NCBI GenBank assembly: GCA_009923445.1
Contig: RFTN01000005.1
Location: 1-53,052, forward strand
Source of the DNA: a bacterium
Lineage (GTDB): Bacteria; Patescibacteriota; Saccharimonadia; Saccharimonadales; SZUA-47
DNA length: 53,052 bases
Direction of reading: 5' to 3'
The notes under the pieces are model-generated. The model saw only the letters and a program-made list of their open reading frames with translations. It made no database searches and had not been told where the DNA came from. Shown here piece after piece: positions 24,722 through 33,303 of the stretch (positions are counted from its first letter, which is position 1; every line of letters begins with the position of its first letter). The translations under genes were made by a program, and so were the position numbers.

Positions 24722-25205
24722 ACGCACCTGAAAAAGCCAAACGACAATTTAAGAAAGGTTGCACGGCAAGTTTTACAAGACGACACTTTCGTCACAATAA
24801 TAGTATATTTTCTTACACCGAAATGGAGTTTCCCTAGCCATTTTGTTTCGATTTTAAACGCACTGAATTCAGATTTGGACGCACTTGAAAAAGCCAAACG
24901 ACAATTCAAGAAAAGTTGCACTTCAAGTATTACAAGACGATACTTTCGTCACAATAATGGTATATTTTTATAATTCTTAAATGGACTTTCTCTAGCCATT
25001 TCTTCACGATTTTAAACGCACTGAATTGAGATTTGGACGCACTTGAAAAAGCCAAACGACAATTCTAGAAAAGTTGCATCTCAAGTATTACAAGACGATA
25101 CTTTCGTCACAATAATGGTATATTTTTATAATTCCTAAATGGAGTTTCCCTAGCCATTTCTTCACGATTTTAAACGCACTGAATTGAGATTTGGACGCAC
25201 CTAAA
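24722..25205. repeat. Non-coding tandem repeat, ~158 bp x3 plus a short fourth start
   Basis: The unit start ACGCAC(C/T)TGAAAAAGCCAAACGACAATT occurs at 24722, 24879 and 25037, with a truncated start at 25195. Copies 2 and 3 are nearly identical. There is no consistent ORF across units. Confidence 0.9.
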
Positions 25206-25240
25206 AACTGAATTCGTATGCGCTTGGACTAGGCACGAAC

Positions 25241-25387
25241 ATGATTTTTAAATTGATTTTACTAAATAGCATCACGTGTTATTGTTGGGTAAGTTTTTGG
25301 CGTCTACAACGAATTGAGGCTGAGTTAGAACGTCTGCGAAAAGAGCTTGACAACATAAAGCGCTCTAGATGTAATGTGGTGTAATGC
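25241..25387 (+). CDS. Possible small ORF (48 aa), hydrophobic N-terminus plus coiled-coil tail
   Basis: MIFKLILLNSITCYCWVSFWRLQRIEAELERLRKELDNIKRSRCNVV*. It is below the track cutoff and overlaps the 3' end of the convergent gene by 23 nt. Confidence 0.2.
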
Positions 25388-26180
25388 GTTGCCCTTTTTG
25401 TTTAGATGGAATGACAGAATCATTAAGAAACACATCAAACTGTTTTGTCCGGTCGTATTCTACAAATGTAGTGCGTTGGTTGATTCCGCGTAGTTTGATG
25501 TTGTGATTGTACAATTTGTGGATAGAGTCTGTAACCCGTGTAATAAGAACCATGTACCTGTTTATGACTTTCTGGAGGTACGTAAAGAACAATTGTGTTT
25601 TGGGAAGTGTATACACAAAGTCGTGAATATTATTGATAGTATTGTGTCTCAAAGACAAAGCGTCTTGGAACATTTCAGATGTATTTTCTGGATATTCTCC
25701 ATTAGATGTGAAGTAAGTACTTATGTCAAGTTTAATCTTTAGAATTCCATTTGTTCCGACTAATAACATGTAATACAATTGTGGGTTGTAATTTGACAAA
25801 TTGATAATGCTGTATAAAAAGTTGATCATTCCTGCATCTGTATACAATGCATCCAGAGGACGTGGCTTTATTACCACCCCTGGGAAGTTGAATGACTGTT
25901 GTTTTTTATACAAGTATTCGTCTACTTTTAGTTGAAGACTGTTTAATTTTAACAATATCTTTTTATTAGTATCGTCAAGAGATTCTAAAGCACCTTTGGC
26001 ATAAACATTGGCTATAGCAATAGCAAAAACCAATACAATGACCAATTTATAGGCATTATTATTGTAGTATACCCACAATAGTCCTGTAACCAGTACAACA
26101 ATTGCAAGTGACTTGAACTTGCTCGGTTTCAAGTAATCAGATGTCTCCAAAAACAAGTCAACAAAATGACCACCTTCCAT
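25365..26180 (-). CDS. Hypothetical membrane protein (two N-terminal TM helices)
   Basis: 271-aa ATG ORF with LAIVVLVTGLLWVYY and LVIVLVFAIAIANVYA. Confidence 0.75.
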   Translation of the reverse strand: MEGGHFVDLFLETSDYLKPSKFKSLAIVVLVTGLLWVYYNNNAYKLVIVLVFAIAIANVYAKGALESLDDTNKKILLKLNSLQLKVDEYLYKKQQSFNFPGVVIKPRPLDALYTDAGMINFLYSIINLSNYNPQLYYMLLVGTNGILKIKLDISTYFTSNGEYPENTSEMFQDALSLRHNTINNIHDFVYTLPKTQLFFTYLQKVINRYMVLITRVTDSIHKLYNHNIKLRGINQRTTFVEYDRTKQFDVFLNDSVIPSKQKGQRITPHYI

Positions 26181-26213
26181 TAAATACTAACTACAAAAAC
26201 AATTCACACGAAT

Positions 26214-26882
26214 TTACTTTACAGACCACTTTTGGTAATTCCCTCCCGTACATGGATTCATATAGACTTTTTGGTCACTAGCACTGTTGTAAAATGCTGT
26301 TATGCATTGGCCAGAATCATTTGAAAAAGTTGTCCCATCGCTTTTTATATACTGGCTCTCAGCAGTATTGTCACATTGCACGCTATATAAATTTTGATCA
26401 AAACACCTCTCACTCCAATTGTGCTTGAGTTTTCCATCAAATGTCCATTGTTGTTTTGAATTCGTATTAAAATCATTACATTTCTCAATCACTAGATTCC
26501 TACCATCGCTCGATAAACATTTGTTCTCAATGTTAAATAGCAACTGCTTGTTTATAAAAGGAAACAATACTTTTGTATCCTTTGCAAGTACACTTGGAGG
26601 AGCTGTATTAGTACCACCAGTTGCACTACTTGTGCTTCTTGCACCAGTTCCACTGCTCGCAGTAGTTACACTGCTTGCTGTAGTTACACTACTAGTTGAA
26701 CCTGAACTTGAACTTGAAGTTATACGTGTATTGTCACTTGTGATTACTGTCACCTTGCTTTCACCTTTATTAAAAAATACAAAATAAACACATACAATAC
26801 AACTTAACATAAAGCTAAATATCAACAGTAATAATACTGTAGGATTGTTGTTCACACTACTTGAGCTGTAGTACTTGTACAT
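26214..26882 (-). CDS. Membrane-anchored ricin-B (beta-trefoil) lectin-like protein
   Basis: 222 aa with an N-terminal TM segment, a Ser/Thr stalk containing the repeat SSVTTASSVTTASS, then a Cys-containing domain with QxW motifs (QQWTF, QKWSV). Confidence 0.65.
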   Translation of the reverse strand: MYKYYSSSSVNNNPTVLLLLIFSFMLSCIVCVYFVFFNKGESKVTVITSDNTRITSSSSSGSTSSVTTASSVTTASSGTGARSTSSATGGTNTAPPSVLAKDTKVLFPFINKQLLFNIENKCLSSDGRNLVIEKCNDFNTNSKQQWTFDGKLKHNWSERCFDQNLYSVQCDNTAESQYIKSDGTTFSNDSGQCITAFYNSASDQKVYMNPCTGGNYQKWSVK

Positions 26883-26962
26883 TAACTTAAACTACATAGA
26901 TAAATTAATTCGTTAGAAAAGCAAAGTTCTTTTCGCAATTAAATTCAATCCAAAATCAACAT

Positions 26963-27571
26963 ATGGTTCAATTGGTGCTATACGGAAATGAAAAAGCAAT
27001 GTGCACACAAAAGGTACTGATCCTTCTTGAAACACTTAATCTTAAGTACACTTTTCGAAATATTGACCTCCAAAAGGGTGAACAAAAGTCCCCCGAATAT
27101 CTCAAATTACAGCCATTTGGCAAAGTACCCGCAATTCAGTACGGTGATGACACTATTTTTGAATCTCGGGCCATTCTAAGGTACATTGCCGCCAATAACC
27201 AAGAGATTGACGATCTTCTTGGTGACGTAAACGTTGATGTCTGGTTAGAAGCGGAGTCTCAAAATTTCTGTCCACCTATAAGCAAAATCATATTAGCCAA
27301 GTTGTATGGAAAAGGTGACACTTCTGAAAATGCAATATCAGAGGCACTTAAGGAAGTTGAAAAAGTTCTTGATGTGTACGAAACGAGACTAGCTCAACAT
27401 GAATACATCGGAGGTGACAACTTTAGTATTGCAGACATCTCACATATTCCTTATGTAAACGGATTCCTTAAAGCAGGCTATAAATCTGTTTTGAAATCAC
27501 GACCCAATGTGTACAATTGGCTCAAACGAATAATGCGAAGAGATGCTGTCAAACAAGTACTTCAAAAGTAA
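26963..27571 (+). CDS. Glutathione S-transferase (plant phi-like by eye)
   Basis: 202 aa with a thioredoxin-like N-domain, ...QKGEQKSPEYLKLQPFGKVPAIQYGDDTIFESRAILRYIA..., and a helical C-domain. Confidence 0.85.
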   Translation: MVQLVLYGNEKAMCTQKVLILLETLNLKYTFRNIDLQKGEQKSPEYLKLQPFGKVPAIQYGDDTIFESRAILRYIAANNQEIDDLLGDVNVDVWLEAESQNFCPPISKIILAKLYGKGDTSENAISEALKEVEKVLDVYETRLAQHEYIGGDNFSIADISHIPYVNGFLKAGYKSVLKSRPNVYNWLKRIMRRDAVKQVLQK

Positions 27572-27661
27572 CTTGTGTAAAACTACTTGTGTAAACTACT
27601 TGTGTAAACTACTTGTGTAAACTACTTGTGTAAACTACTTGTGTAAGCTACTTGTGTAAAC
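27572..27661. repeat. 13-bp tandem repeat x~7 directly after the GST stop codon
   Basis: Period-13 repeat of GTAAACTACTTGT with minor variants. Confidence 0.9.
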
Positions 27662-27665
27662 TTTT

Positions 27666-27700
27666 AAATTGTGTAATTAACAAACGATAATTACAAATTT
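27666..27700. terminator. Hairpin in a convergent intergenic region
   Basis: AAATT(G)TGTAATT-(10 nt)-AATTACAAATTT: 12 bp with one bulge, between the GST gene and the 27716 gene. Confidence 0.3.
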
Positions 27701-27715
27701 ACAATAGTGTATTCA

Positions 27716-28666
27716 TTACACGGGAAATGATAAGAATATCTGAGACTGTGTAGTCGTGGTAGTTGAATTTGCTGTTGTCATTGTTGTTGTGGAATTTGTG
27801 GAATTAGCAGTTTGTGTGATCACAACTGTAGGTGTAATTGTGGGTGTAATTGTTACACATTTATCATGACTAGTGCTATCAGCAGTAAAACTAGTGACAC
27901 TAGGAAATAAGCATACTTGGAGTGTTATATCTCTAGGTGTGGCTTCTTCCTCACATGGTTGTTCACATGTTTCGCAAATTGTCACGTCCCTGTTTGTTAT
28001 TGTCGGCGTGGGTGTAGGTGTCGGTGTCATTTCACATGGTTCCGATTCACACTCGCAAATAACGGGTGGGGGTGTGCACGTGGAGCAAATTGGCGGAATA
28101 GTAATGTCACGAGACGGTACCGTGGTCGTTGGAGTTGTTGTGGGTGTGGGTGTGCACGTGTAACAAATTGGAGGTGTAATGGTAACGTCACGAGGCACCG
28201 TGGATGTTGGACATGTCGTGAAAGTGATCGTGTCTGTAATTGTATAATTGTTTGTGACCGTGTCTGTAATCGTAGTTGTGTCTGGTATAGAAACGTTTCT
28301 ATCTGTAACAGTAACAGTCGACACAAATGTACTTGTTACTGTATCCGTCAAAGTCGTTTCCGTTGAAATAATCCGTGTACGTATCATGGTTTCTGTACAA
28401 GTCTCTGTAAAAGGTACCAACACCGTCTTGGTCTTGTGACATATCTGGTGCCCACAATGCCATAAACGATCATCTACACACCCTCCTGGAACATGGAAAT
28501 AAACAGTTTTGTTTCCACACAATGCACTTTTATCCATTGGACACTGCATTACTGTGTCATTGTACAAACACTCTGTAATAGTCGTATTTATAGATCGATG
28601 TTTTTGTCGTAAATAAGATGGAAAAACCGTACCACAAAGGAACGCAAAAATGAATGCAACTTTCAT
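27716..28666 (-). CDS. Secreted Cys/Thr/Pro-rich mucin-like protein
   Basis: 316 aa with a signal-peptide-like MKVAFIFAFLCGTVFP, a Cys-rich head, TPTPTTTPTTT tracts and the repeated motif RD(V/I)TI(T)PPIC(Y/S)TCTP. Confidence 0.75.
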   Translation of the reverse strand: MKVAFIFAFLCGTVFPSYLRQKHRSINTTITECLYNDTVMQCPMDKSALCGNKTVYFHVPGGCVDDRLWHCGHQICHKTKTVLVPFTETCTETMIRTRIISTETTLTDTVTSTFVSTVTVTDRNVSIPDTTTITDTVTNNYTITDTITFTTCPTSTVPRDVTITPPICYTCTPTPTTTPTTTVPSRDITIPPICSTCTPPPVICECESEPCEMTPTPTPTPTITNRDVTICETCEQPCEEEATPRDITLQVCLFPSVTSFTADSTSHDKCVTITPTITPTVVITQTANSTNSTTTMTTANSTTTTTQSQIFLSFPV

Positions 28667-28695
28667 TTTGGTATATTACATCCGTTAACTTTAAA

Positions 28696-29175
28696 TTAAT
28701 GACAGTACTGACAACAATTACATTGAGGACTTGCTTTTTTGATTATTTTCTTCATTTGAGGTTTCTTGGAACCTTTTCCTTGCTTTCCTTGCACTTTTTT
28801 CATCATTTTCATAGCTTTGTCAAACTTACCTCCCCCAGTCTTCACCGCTCGTTTTACTGAGCGTTTCACCGAACGTTTTATTGAGCGTTTCACCGAACGT
28901 TTTATTGAGCGTTTTACTTGAGGTTTCACCGAACGTTTCACCGAACGTTTTACTTGAGGTTTCACCGAACGTTTTACCGAGAGTTTTAATTGAGGTTTCA
29001 CCGAACGTTTTACTGAGCGTTTTAATTGAGGTTTCACTGAGCGTTTTACTGAGCGTTTTACTTGAGGTTTTACCGAGCGTTTTACTTGAGGTTTTACTTG
29101 AGGTTTCTTTGCGGACACCCGTTTCTTTGAGGACCGATCTCTTGCAGACCGTTTAATAGATCGCTTTAATGACAT
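28696..29175 (-). CDS. Extremely basic tandem-repeat protein (KRSVK/KPQ(V/L)K repeats) with a Cys-rich C-terminus
   Basis: 159 aa made almost entirely of KRSVKRSVKPQ(V/L) units, ending QCNCCQYCH. Confidence 0.75.
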   Translation of the reverse strand: MSLKRSIKRSARDRSSKKRVSAKKPQVKPQVKRSVKPQVKRSVKRSVKPQLKRSVKRSVKPQLKLSVKRSVKPQVKRSVKRSVKPQVKRSIKRSVKRSIKRSVKRSVKRAVKTGGGKFDKAMKMMKKVQGKQGKGSKKPQMKKIIKKASPQCNCCQYCH

Positions 29176-29247
29176 GTATATTTATAATGAATACAAATAA
29201 TTTAATTGCGGGTTTATTTCTTATTTCGGAATTGTCCACTTTATTTA

Positions 29248-30135
29248 ATGGACCCAAATACATTAGTAGGTAAAGACATAAACCGGTACACAATTACAAG
29301 GTATATTGCATCGGGCTCTTTTGGGAATGTATTTGAGGCGCGTAACAAAAAGACAAATGAATACTGTGCATTAAAAATACCAATTATATCTGAAACGCGC
29401 AATAGCCAAACTTCCCTGCTAGAAGAGGCAAAAATCTACAAGGACATCTCAAATCCTGAAAAGGGAATTGCCGAAATGAAGATTACTTGTTCAAAAGATG
29501 TAAAAATGATTGTCATGGACTTGCTTGGACCAAGCCTTGAGAGTATGCTCTCAAAATACAAAAAATTTGGCTTGAAGACAGTCATTTGTCTCGCCATAAA
29601 AATGCTTGAGGTCATCAAATACATTCACAGCTGTGGATATATTCATAGAGACTTGAAACCCGACAACTTTGTAGTGGGCCACAACAACACAAGTAAATTA
29701 TATTGCATCGACTTTGGTCTTGCAAAAAAATATATCAAACGCAACGGCCAACACATTCCCTTTTCCGACCACCGCAAGTTCTGTGGCACGGTTAGATATG
29801 CCAGCATTGCCGCTCACAAAATGTGCGAGCAATCTCGCAAAGATGACCTTGAGGCTATTGGTTATATCCTTGTGTATCTTTTTAAAGGAAAACTCCCATG
29901 GCAAAACCTAAAACACAAGGATAAACGAGAACGTTACAAAATAGTTGGTGACCGAAAGGAAAGTATCACAGAAGAAGAACTCACCGAAGGAATGCCAAAA
30001 GAATTCCTTGTTTATCTCAAGTACACCCGCAATCTTGATTTTGATGAAAAGCCACACTATAGCAGCCTCATCCGAATGTTTCGCAAGTTGTATGAATCCC
30101 GTAATTACCGTAATGACAAATTAGAATGGCAATAA
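29248..30135 (+). CDS. Ser/Thr protein kinase, casein kinase 1-like
   Basis: It has the Gly loop GSGSFGNVFEA, CALKI, HRDLKPDNF, DFGLAKKY and the CK1-type GTVRYASIAAH. The track start at 29206 is TTG and the first ATG is at 29248. Confidence 0.9.
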   Translation: MDPNTLVGKDINRYTITRYIASGSFGNVFEARNKKTNEYCALKIPIISETRNSQTSLLEEAKIYKDISNPEKGIAEMKITCSKDVKMIVMDLLGPSLESMLSKYKKFGLKTVICLAIKMLEVIKYIHSCGYIHRDLKPDNFVVGHNNTSKLYCIDFGLAKKYIKRNGQHIPFSDHRKFCGTVRYASIAAHKMCEQSRKDDLEAIGYILVYLFKGKLPWQNLKHKDKRERYKIVGDRKESITEEELTEGMPKEFLVYLKYTRNLDFDEKPHYSSLIRMFRKLYESRNYRNDKLEWQ

Positions 30136-30150
30136 TAGGCAAAGGGGGTC

Positions 30151-30828
30151 TCACGCAAGCACGGAAGTATTTATCCCACGCTCATCTAGTAAAGTCTTTA
30201 ATTTCACAGCTATCTCCTCAGATGTCCCTGTCGTCGTCGTCTCGGGGTCCCCGGCTGTCGTCTCGGGGTCCCCGGCTGTCGTCTCGGGGTCCCCGGCTGT
30301 CGTCTCGGGGTCATTGTATAGGACCATATCAAAATGAGAATGATCCACTGCGTCCATATCCACTTCAGAAGCGTGATCTCCCAAGAGTTTCATCATTTCA
30401 GGATTGCTTTCACATTCTTGTCGAAAACGGGCCTTGTGTCTATTTTCGGCCACAACTTTGATTACAATACCCGATTGTTGCTTAATGTATTCGAACTCAT
30501 TTCGAAAACGAACGTCAGGAACAATCACGTGTTTGAAACCTTTTGACATGAGAACTTGCACCCAACTGTGAAAATAGTCTACCCAAATGAACTGCCCATA
30601 TTTCTTTCTTCCCAATTCGGTGCCTTGTATTTGAAGAAGTCTCCTTGTCTCTGCATCTTTTTCGATGTATACTTTGCTAAATTGAACTTTATGGTGTGTC
30701 ATTACATTTACTTTGAGTTGATCGGCAAAAGACCACTTTATGGAATGATCTTGTAGTAAACTAACAAGTATATTTGCAACATAATCTTTTCCTACACCTG
30801 CTTTACCGGCAATGCCAATCAATACCAT
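30151..30828 (-). CDS. P-loop kinase, dNMP-kinase-like, with a C-terminal DPETTAG x3.5 repeat
   Basis: 225 aa. The N-terminal MVLIGIAGKAGVGKDYVAN...WSFADQLK resembles phage or giant-virus deoxynucleoside-monophosphate kinases. A 21-nt in-frame repeat lies at about 30228-30310. Confidence 0.55.
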   Translation of the reverse strand: MVLIGIAGKAGVGKDYVANILVSLLQDHSIKWSFADQLKVNVMTHHKVQFSKVYIEKDAETRRLLQIQGTELGRKKYGQFIWVDYFHSWVQVLMSKGFKHVIVPDVRFRNEFEYIKQQSGIVIKVVAENRHKARFRQECESNPEMMKLLGDHASEVDMDAVDHSHFDMVLYNDPETTAGDPETTAGDPETTAGDPETTTTGTSEEIAVKLKTLLDERGINTSVLA

Positions 30829-30864
30829 TACTCTAGTTGCTTGTGTGATGTGAATTCAATTTCT

Positions 30865-31239
30865 TTAAATAGGGGATGGTGTGTCTTCTAGGATTTCCTT
30901 TGTCATAATAAGTTGAAATTGAATTTTGTAGAATTCTGTTTCGTAGCGCACAGGAATAATGTTCTCGATTGTTTTGATCTGTTTCAAGCTGTGCTCTAAC
31001 AAATGCGAAATGGCTATGTGCTTGCGTTGTAGGCTTTCATGTTTTTTGGACACGGCATCGTATTTATACAAAGGTACAGTATCCTTGACAAGCAAATCGT
31101 ATTGTCGTTTCATGTCGTTCATACTTTGAATAACTGTGTTCTCCGAGTACTTGGTTTGAAGGTCGTTGTATTCATTTTCAAGGGCATTGTACTTTTCCTG
31201 AAGCTCCTTGTACCTCTTTTGTAAATCACCTTCCGTCAT
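30865..31239 (-). CDS. Coiled-coil hypothetical protein
   Basis: 124 aa with a heptad-like N-terminus, LQKRYKELQEKYNALENEYNDLQTKY. Confidence 0.65.
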   Translation of the reverse strand: MTEGDLQKRYKELQEKYNALENEYNDLQTKYSENTVIQSMNDMKRQYDLLVKDTVPLYKYDAVSKKHESLQRKHIAISHLLEHSLKQIKTIENIIPVRYETEFYKIQFQLIMTKEILEDTPSPI

Positions 31240-31289
31240 TTACTAAAGAAAAACAAATTAAGTGCGATTAGTTTGTAGATTCATTTACA

Positions 31290-32969
31290 TTATGCATTTA
31301 ATACTGAATTCATGAATTTAGAAATGCATTCTTTAAGATCGTTATAAATGACGGGTTTAAGGAGGTGATCATTAAACTTGTGAGTTGCAATATTGGAATT
31401 ATATGCTGTTATGGCAACAAAATAGGGTTTGCGTTTATTGTGATAGAAGTCTTGAGCCCATTGCATGACCTGTTCACCATCAAGGACAGGCATTCGAATA
31501 TCTAGGAACACAATATCAAATGTGCGTCTTTTAAGAGCCTCAATGCATTTCTTGCCATTTTCTACAACCGTAATATCTGAAAAACCCAGTTTATTCAGGA
31601 ATCCAACAATGACTTTTTGATTTATAGCGATGTCCTCTGCCAGACACACTGCTATGTCTTCTCGAAGAGACTTGGTATCGGCTGCGTGTTGGTGGGTTTT
31701 TTGTGAGCTCAAAATTTGTATACACAACTTTTTCAAATGAGATTCTTTGAATGGCTTTGTGAGAACCGCCTTAAAAAGGGATTGATTAAATCCCGGACGA
31801 GTGTCTCCAAGACTACTAAGTGCAATAAGTGGTATCATTTTGTTGTTAAATTGCTTCTGCTCTCGTAGCTTTGCCGCAAATGTTGGGCCATCTATCTTGG
31901 GCATACAATAATCTATCAATCCTATATGAAACTCTGTAAGCTTTGTAACATACAATGCCTCCTCACTTGTACTAAAAGAATATGCTTTCATGCCCCACTT
32001 GTTCACCATCCCCGTCAAACTAATACGATTATACAAATTATCATCAACAATGAGTACATTAAGATTGTTTAGAACCTCGTCGTTTAGAGCTTCCTCGACC
32101 TGTAATGGATATACTGTTTCATGTACAGGCGGACTTTGCATAACAAAACTAAATTTAGATCCCTTTCCAAGCTCTGTCCAATCTAACCAAACGGCTCCGC
32201 GCATCAGTTCAGCTAATTCCCTGCAAATAGACAATCCCAACCCTGTGCCTGTTGAACTTGTAGTGTAAGGTACAAACAATTTTGATCTGTAGTCTTCTGA
32301 TATGCCTGTGCCCGTGTCCACAACATCAAATCTAATAAAAGTTTCAGATGCGCGATGTGGCTCAGCATGCACCCTAAATTCGCGCTTTGAAATACGTTTC
32401 ACATTTAAACTTACTGTCCCAGCTTCCGTGAACTTTATAGCGTTTACAAGCAAATTAAGCACGACTTGTTTAACACGTTGCGGGTCACCAAGTACACCTT
32501 TTATCCCTGGGTCAATGTTGTAAATGTACTCGATACCCTTTTCACAAATTTTGTTTGCAAGTATGTCATTAGCAGATTCTACCACCGACTGCAAACTAAA
32601 CACGGTGATGTCCAATGTCATTTTCCCAGATTCTAATTTTGACAAATCCAGAATATCATTTATAATACTCATCAAATTATAAGCACATTCTTTGATCATC
32701 TGTATGTACTCTGTTTGCGTCTGTGTCAACTCAGTGTCTTCAAGCAATGTCAACATACCTATAATTCCATTGAGTGGAGTACGAATTTCATGACTCACAT
32801 TGGCTAAAAAGGAATTTTGATTACAAACTGCCACCGTATAATTTTTATACTTAAACGATGTACACCCATAATCATTGCGCTTTCCATTTGTATATACCTG
32901 GTTTCCATGAGCGTCAGTCACATTCACTCCCATCGGGAATCCATCAAAAAACCCAAAATCGGGACTCAT
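31290..32969 (-). CDS. Hybrid sensor histidine kinase with two receiver domains and no TM or large sensor domain
   Basis: It has the H box SHEIRTPLNGIIGM, N box LLVNAIKFT, G1 DTGTGI and G2 GTGLGLSICRELAELMRG. REC1 is VLIVDDN...LIDYCMPKIDG...VLTKPF and REC2 is CLAEDIAINQ...VFLDIRMPVLDG...LLKPV. The track start at 32999 is TTG and the first ATG is at 32969. Confidence 0.85.
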   Translation of the reverse strand: MSPDFGFFDGFPMGVNVTDAHGNQVYTNGKRNDYGCTSFKYKNYTVAVCNQNSFLANVSHEIRTPLNGIIGMLTLLEDTELTQTQTEYIQMIKECAYNLMSIINDILDLSKLESGKMTLDITVFSLQSVVESANDILANKICEKGIEYIYNIDPGIKGVLGDPQRVKQVVLNLLVNAIKFTEAGTVSLNVKRISKREFRVHAEPHRASETFIRFDVVDTGTGISEDYRSKLFVPYTTSSTGTGLGLSICRELAELMRGAVWLDWTELGKGSKFSFVMQSPPVHETVYPLQVEEALNDEVLNNLNVLIVDDNLYNRISLTGMVNKWGMKAYSFSTSEEALYVTKLTEFHIGLIDYCMPKIDGPTFAAKLREQKQFNNKMIPLIALSSLGDTRPGFNQSLFKAVLTKPFKESHLKKLCIQILSSQKTHQHAADTKSLREDIAVCLAEDIAINQKVIVGFLNKLGFSDITVVENGKKCIEALKRRTFDIVFLDIRMPVLDGEQVMQWAQDFYHNKRKPYFVAITAYNSNIATHKFNDHLLKPVIYNDLKECISKFMNSVLNA

Positions 32970-33045
32970 CTTACTGATTTTAATCAAGAAATTTAACAAA
33001 GTAAATTTGTAAAGTAAATTTACTAGGTAGTATTAAGAACCACAA

Positions 33046-33252
33046 ATGAGCGAATTTGATATCGAGTACACATTCGAAAAGGAATTTAACGCAGCAGTTC
33101 TAGGTACGGATGCCCAAGAAGACCTTGTCTCACACACCAAATCCATTGTAGATACTATGTTGAGTGTACTTACCCTCCACTCAGGCATCGCTAATTTTAC
33201 AACTTTTACAGAATATAACAACGTCAAGTACAAGATTAATGTCAAACAATAA
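33046..33252 (+). CDS. Small hypothetical protein
   Basis: 68-aa ATG ORF that occupies an otherwise empty ~300-nt gap. Confidence 0.35.
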   Translation: MSEFDIEYTFEKEFNAAVLGTDAQEDLVSHTKSIVDTMLSVLTLHSGIANFTTFTEYNNVKYKINVKQ

Positions 33253-33303
33253 TTGCCAAACAAAGTACAATTAACGTCAAATAACAACGTGTAAACAATA
33301 AAT

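Noticed and set aside
24694-24921. A 75-aa minus-strand ORF overlapping the dUTPase 5' end and the first 158-bp repeat unit.
   Set aside because: The same frame is closed by stop codons in repeat copies 2 and 3, and the ORF overlaps the dUTPase start region. It is more likely non-coding repeat sequence.
24722-27661. Tandem repeats (158 bp x3, 13 bp x7) considered as possible CRISPR arrays.
   Set aside because: These are head-to-tail repeats with no unique spacers, no cas genes and a eukaryotic-virus context. They are not CRISPR.
27873-29156. Plus-strand and alternative-frame ORFs across the mucin-like and KRSVK-repeat genes (27873-28163, 27917-28366, 28027-28326, 28248-28439, 28654-28860, 28881-29156).
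   Set aside because: They are low-complexity or repeat-driven open frames. The minus-strand ORFs have a signal peptide (27716-28666) or a clean ATG-to-stop repeat structure (28696-29175).
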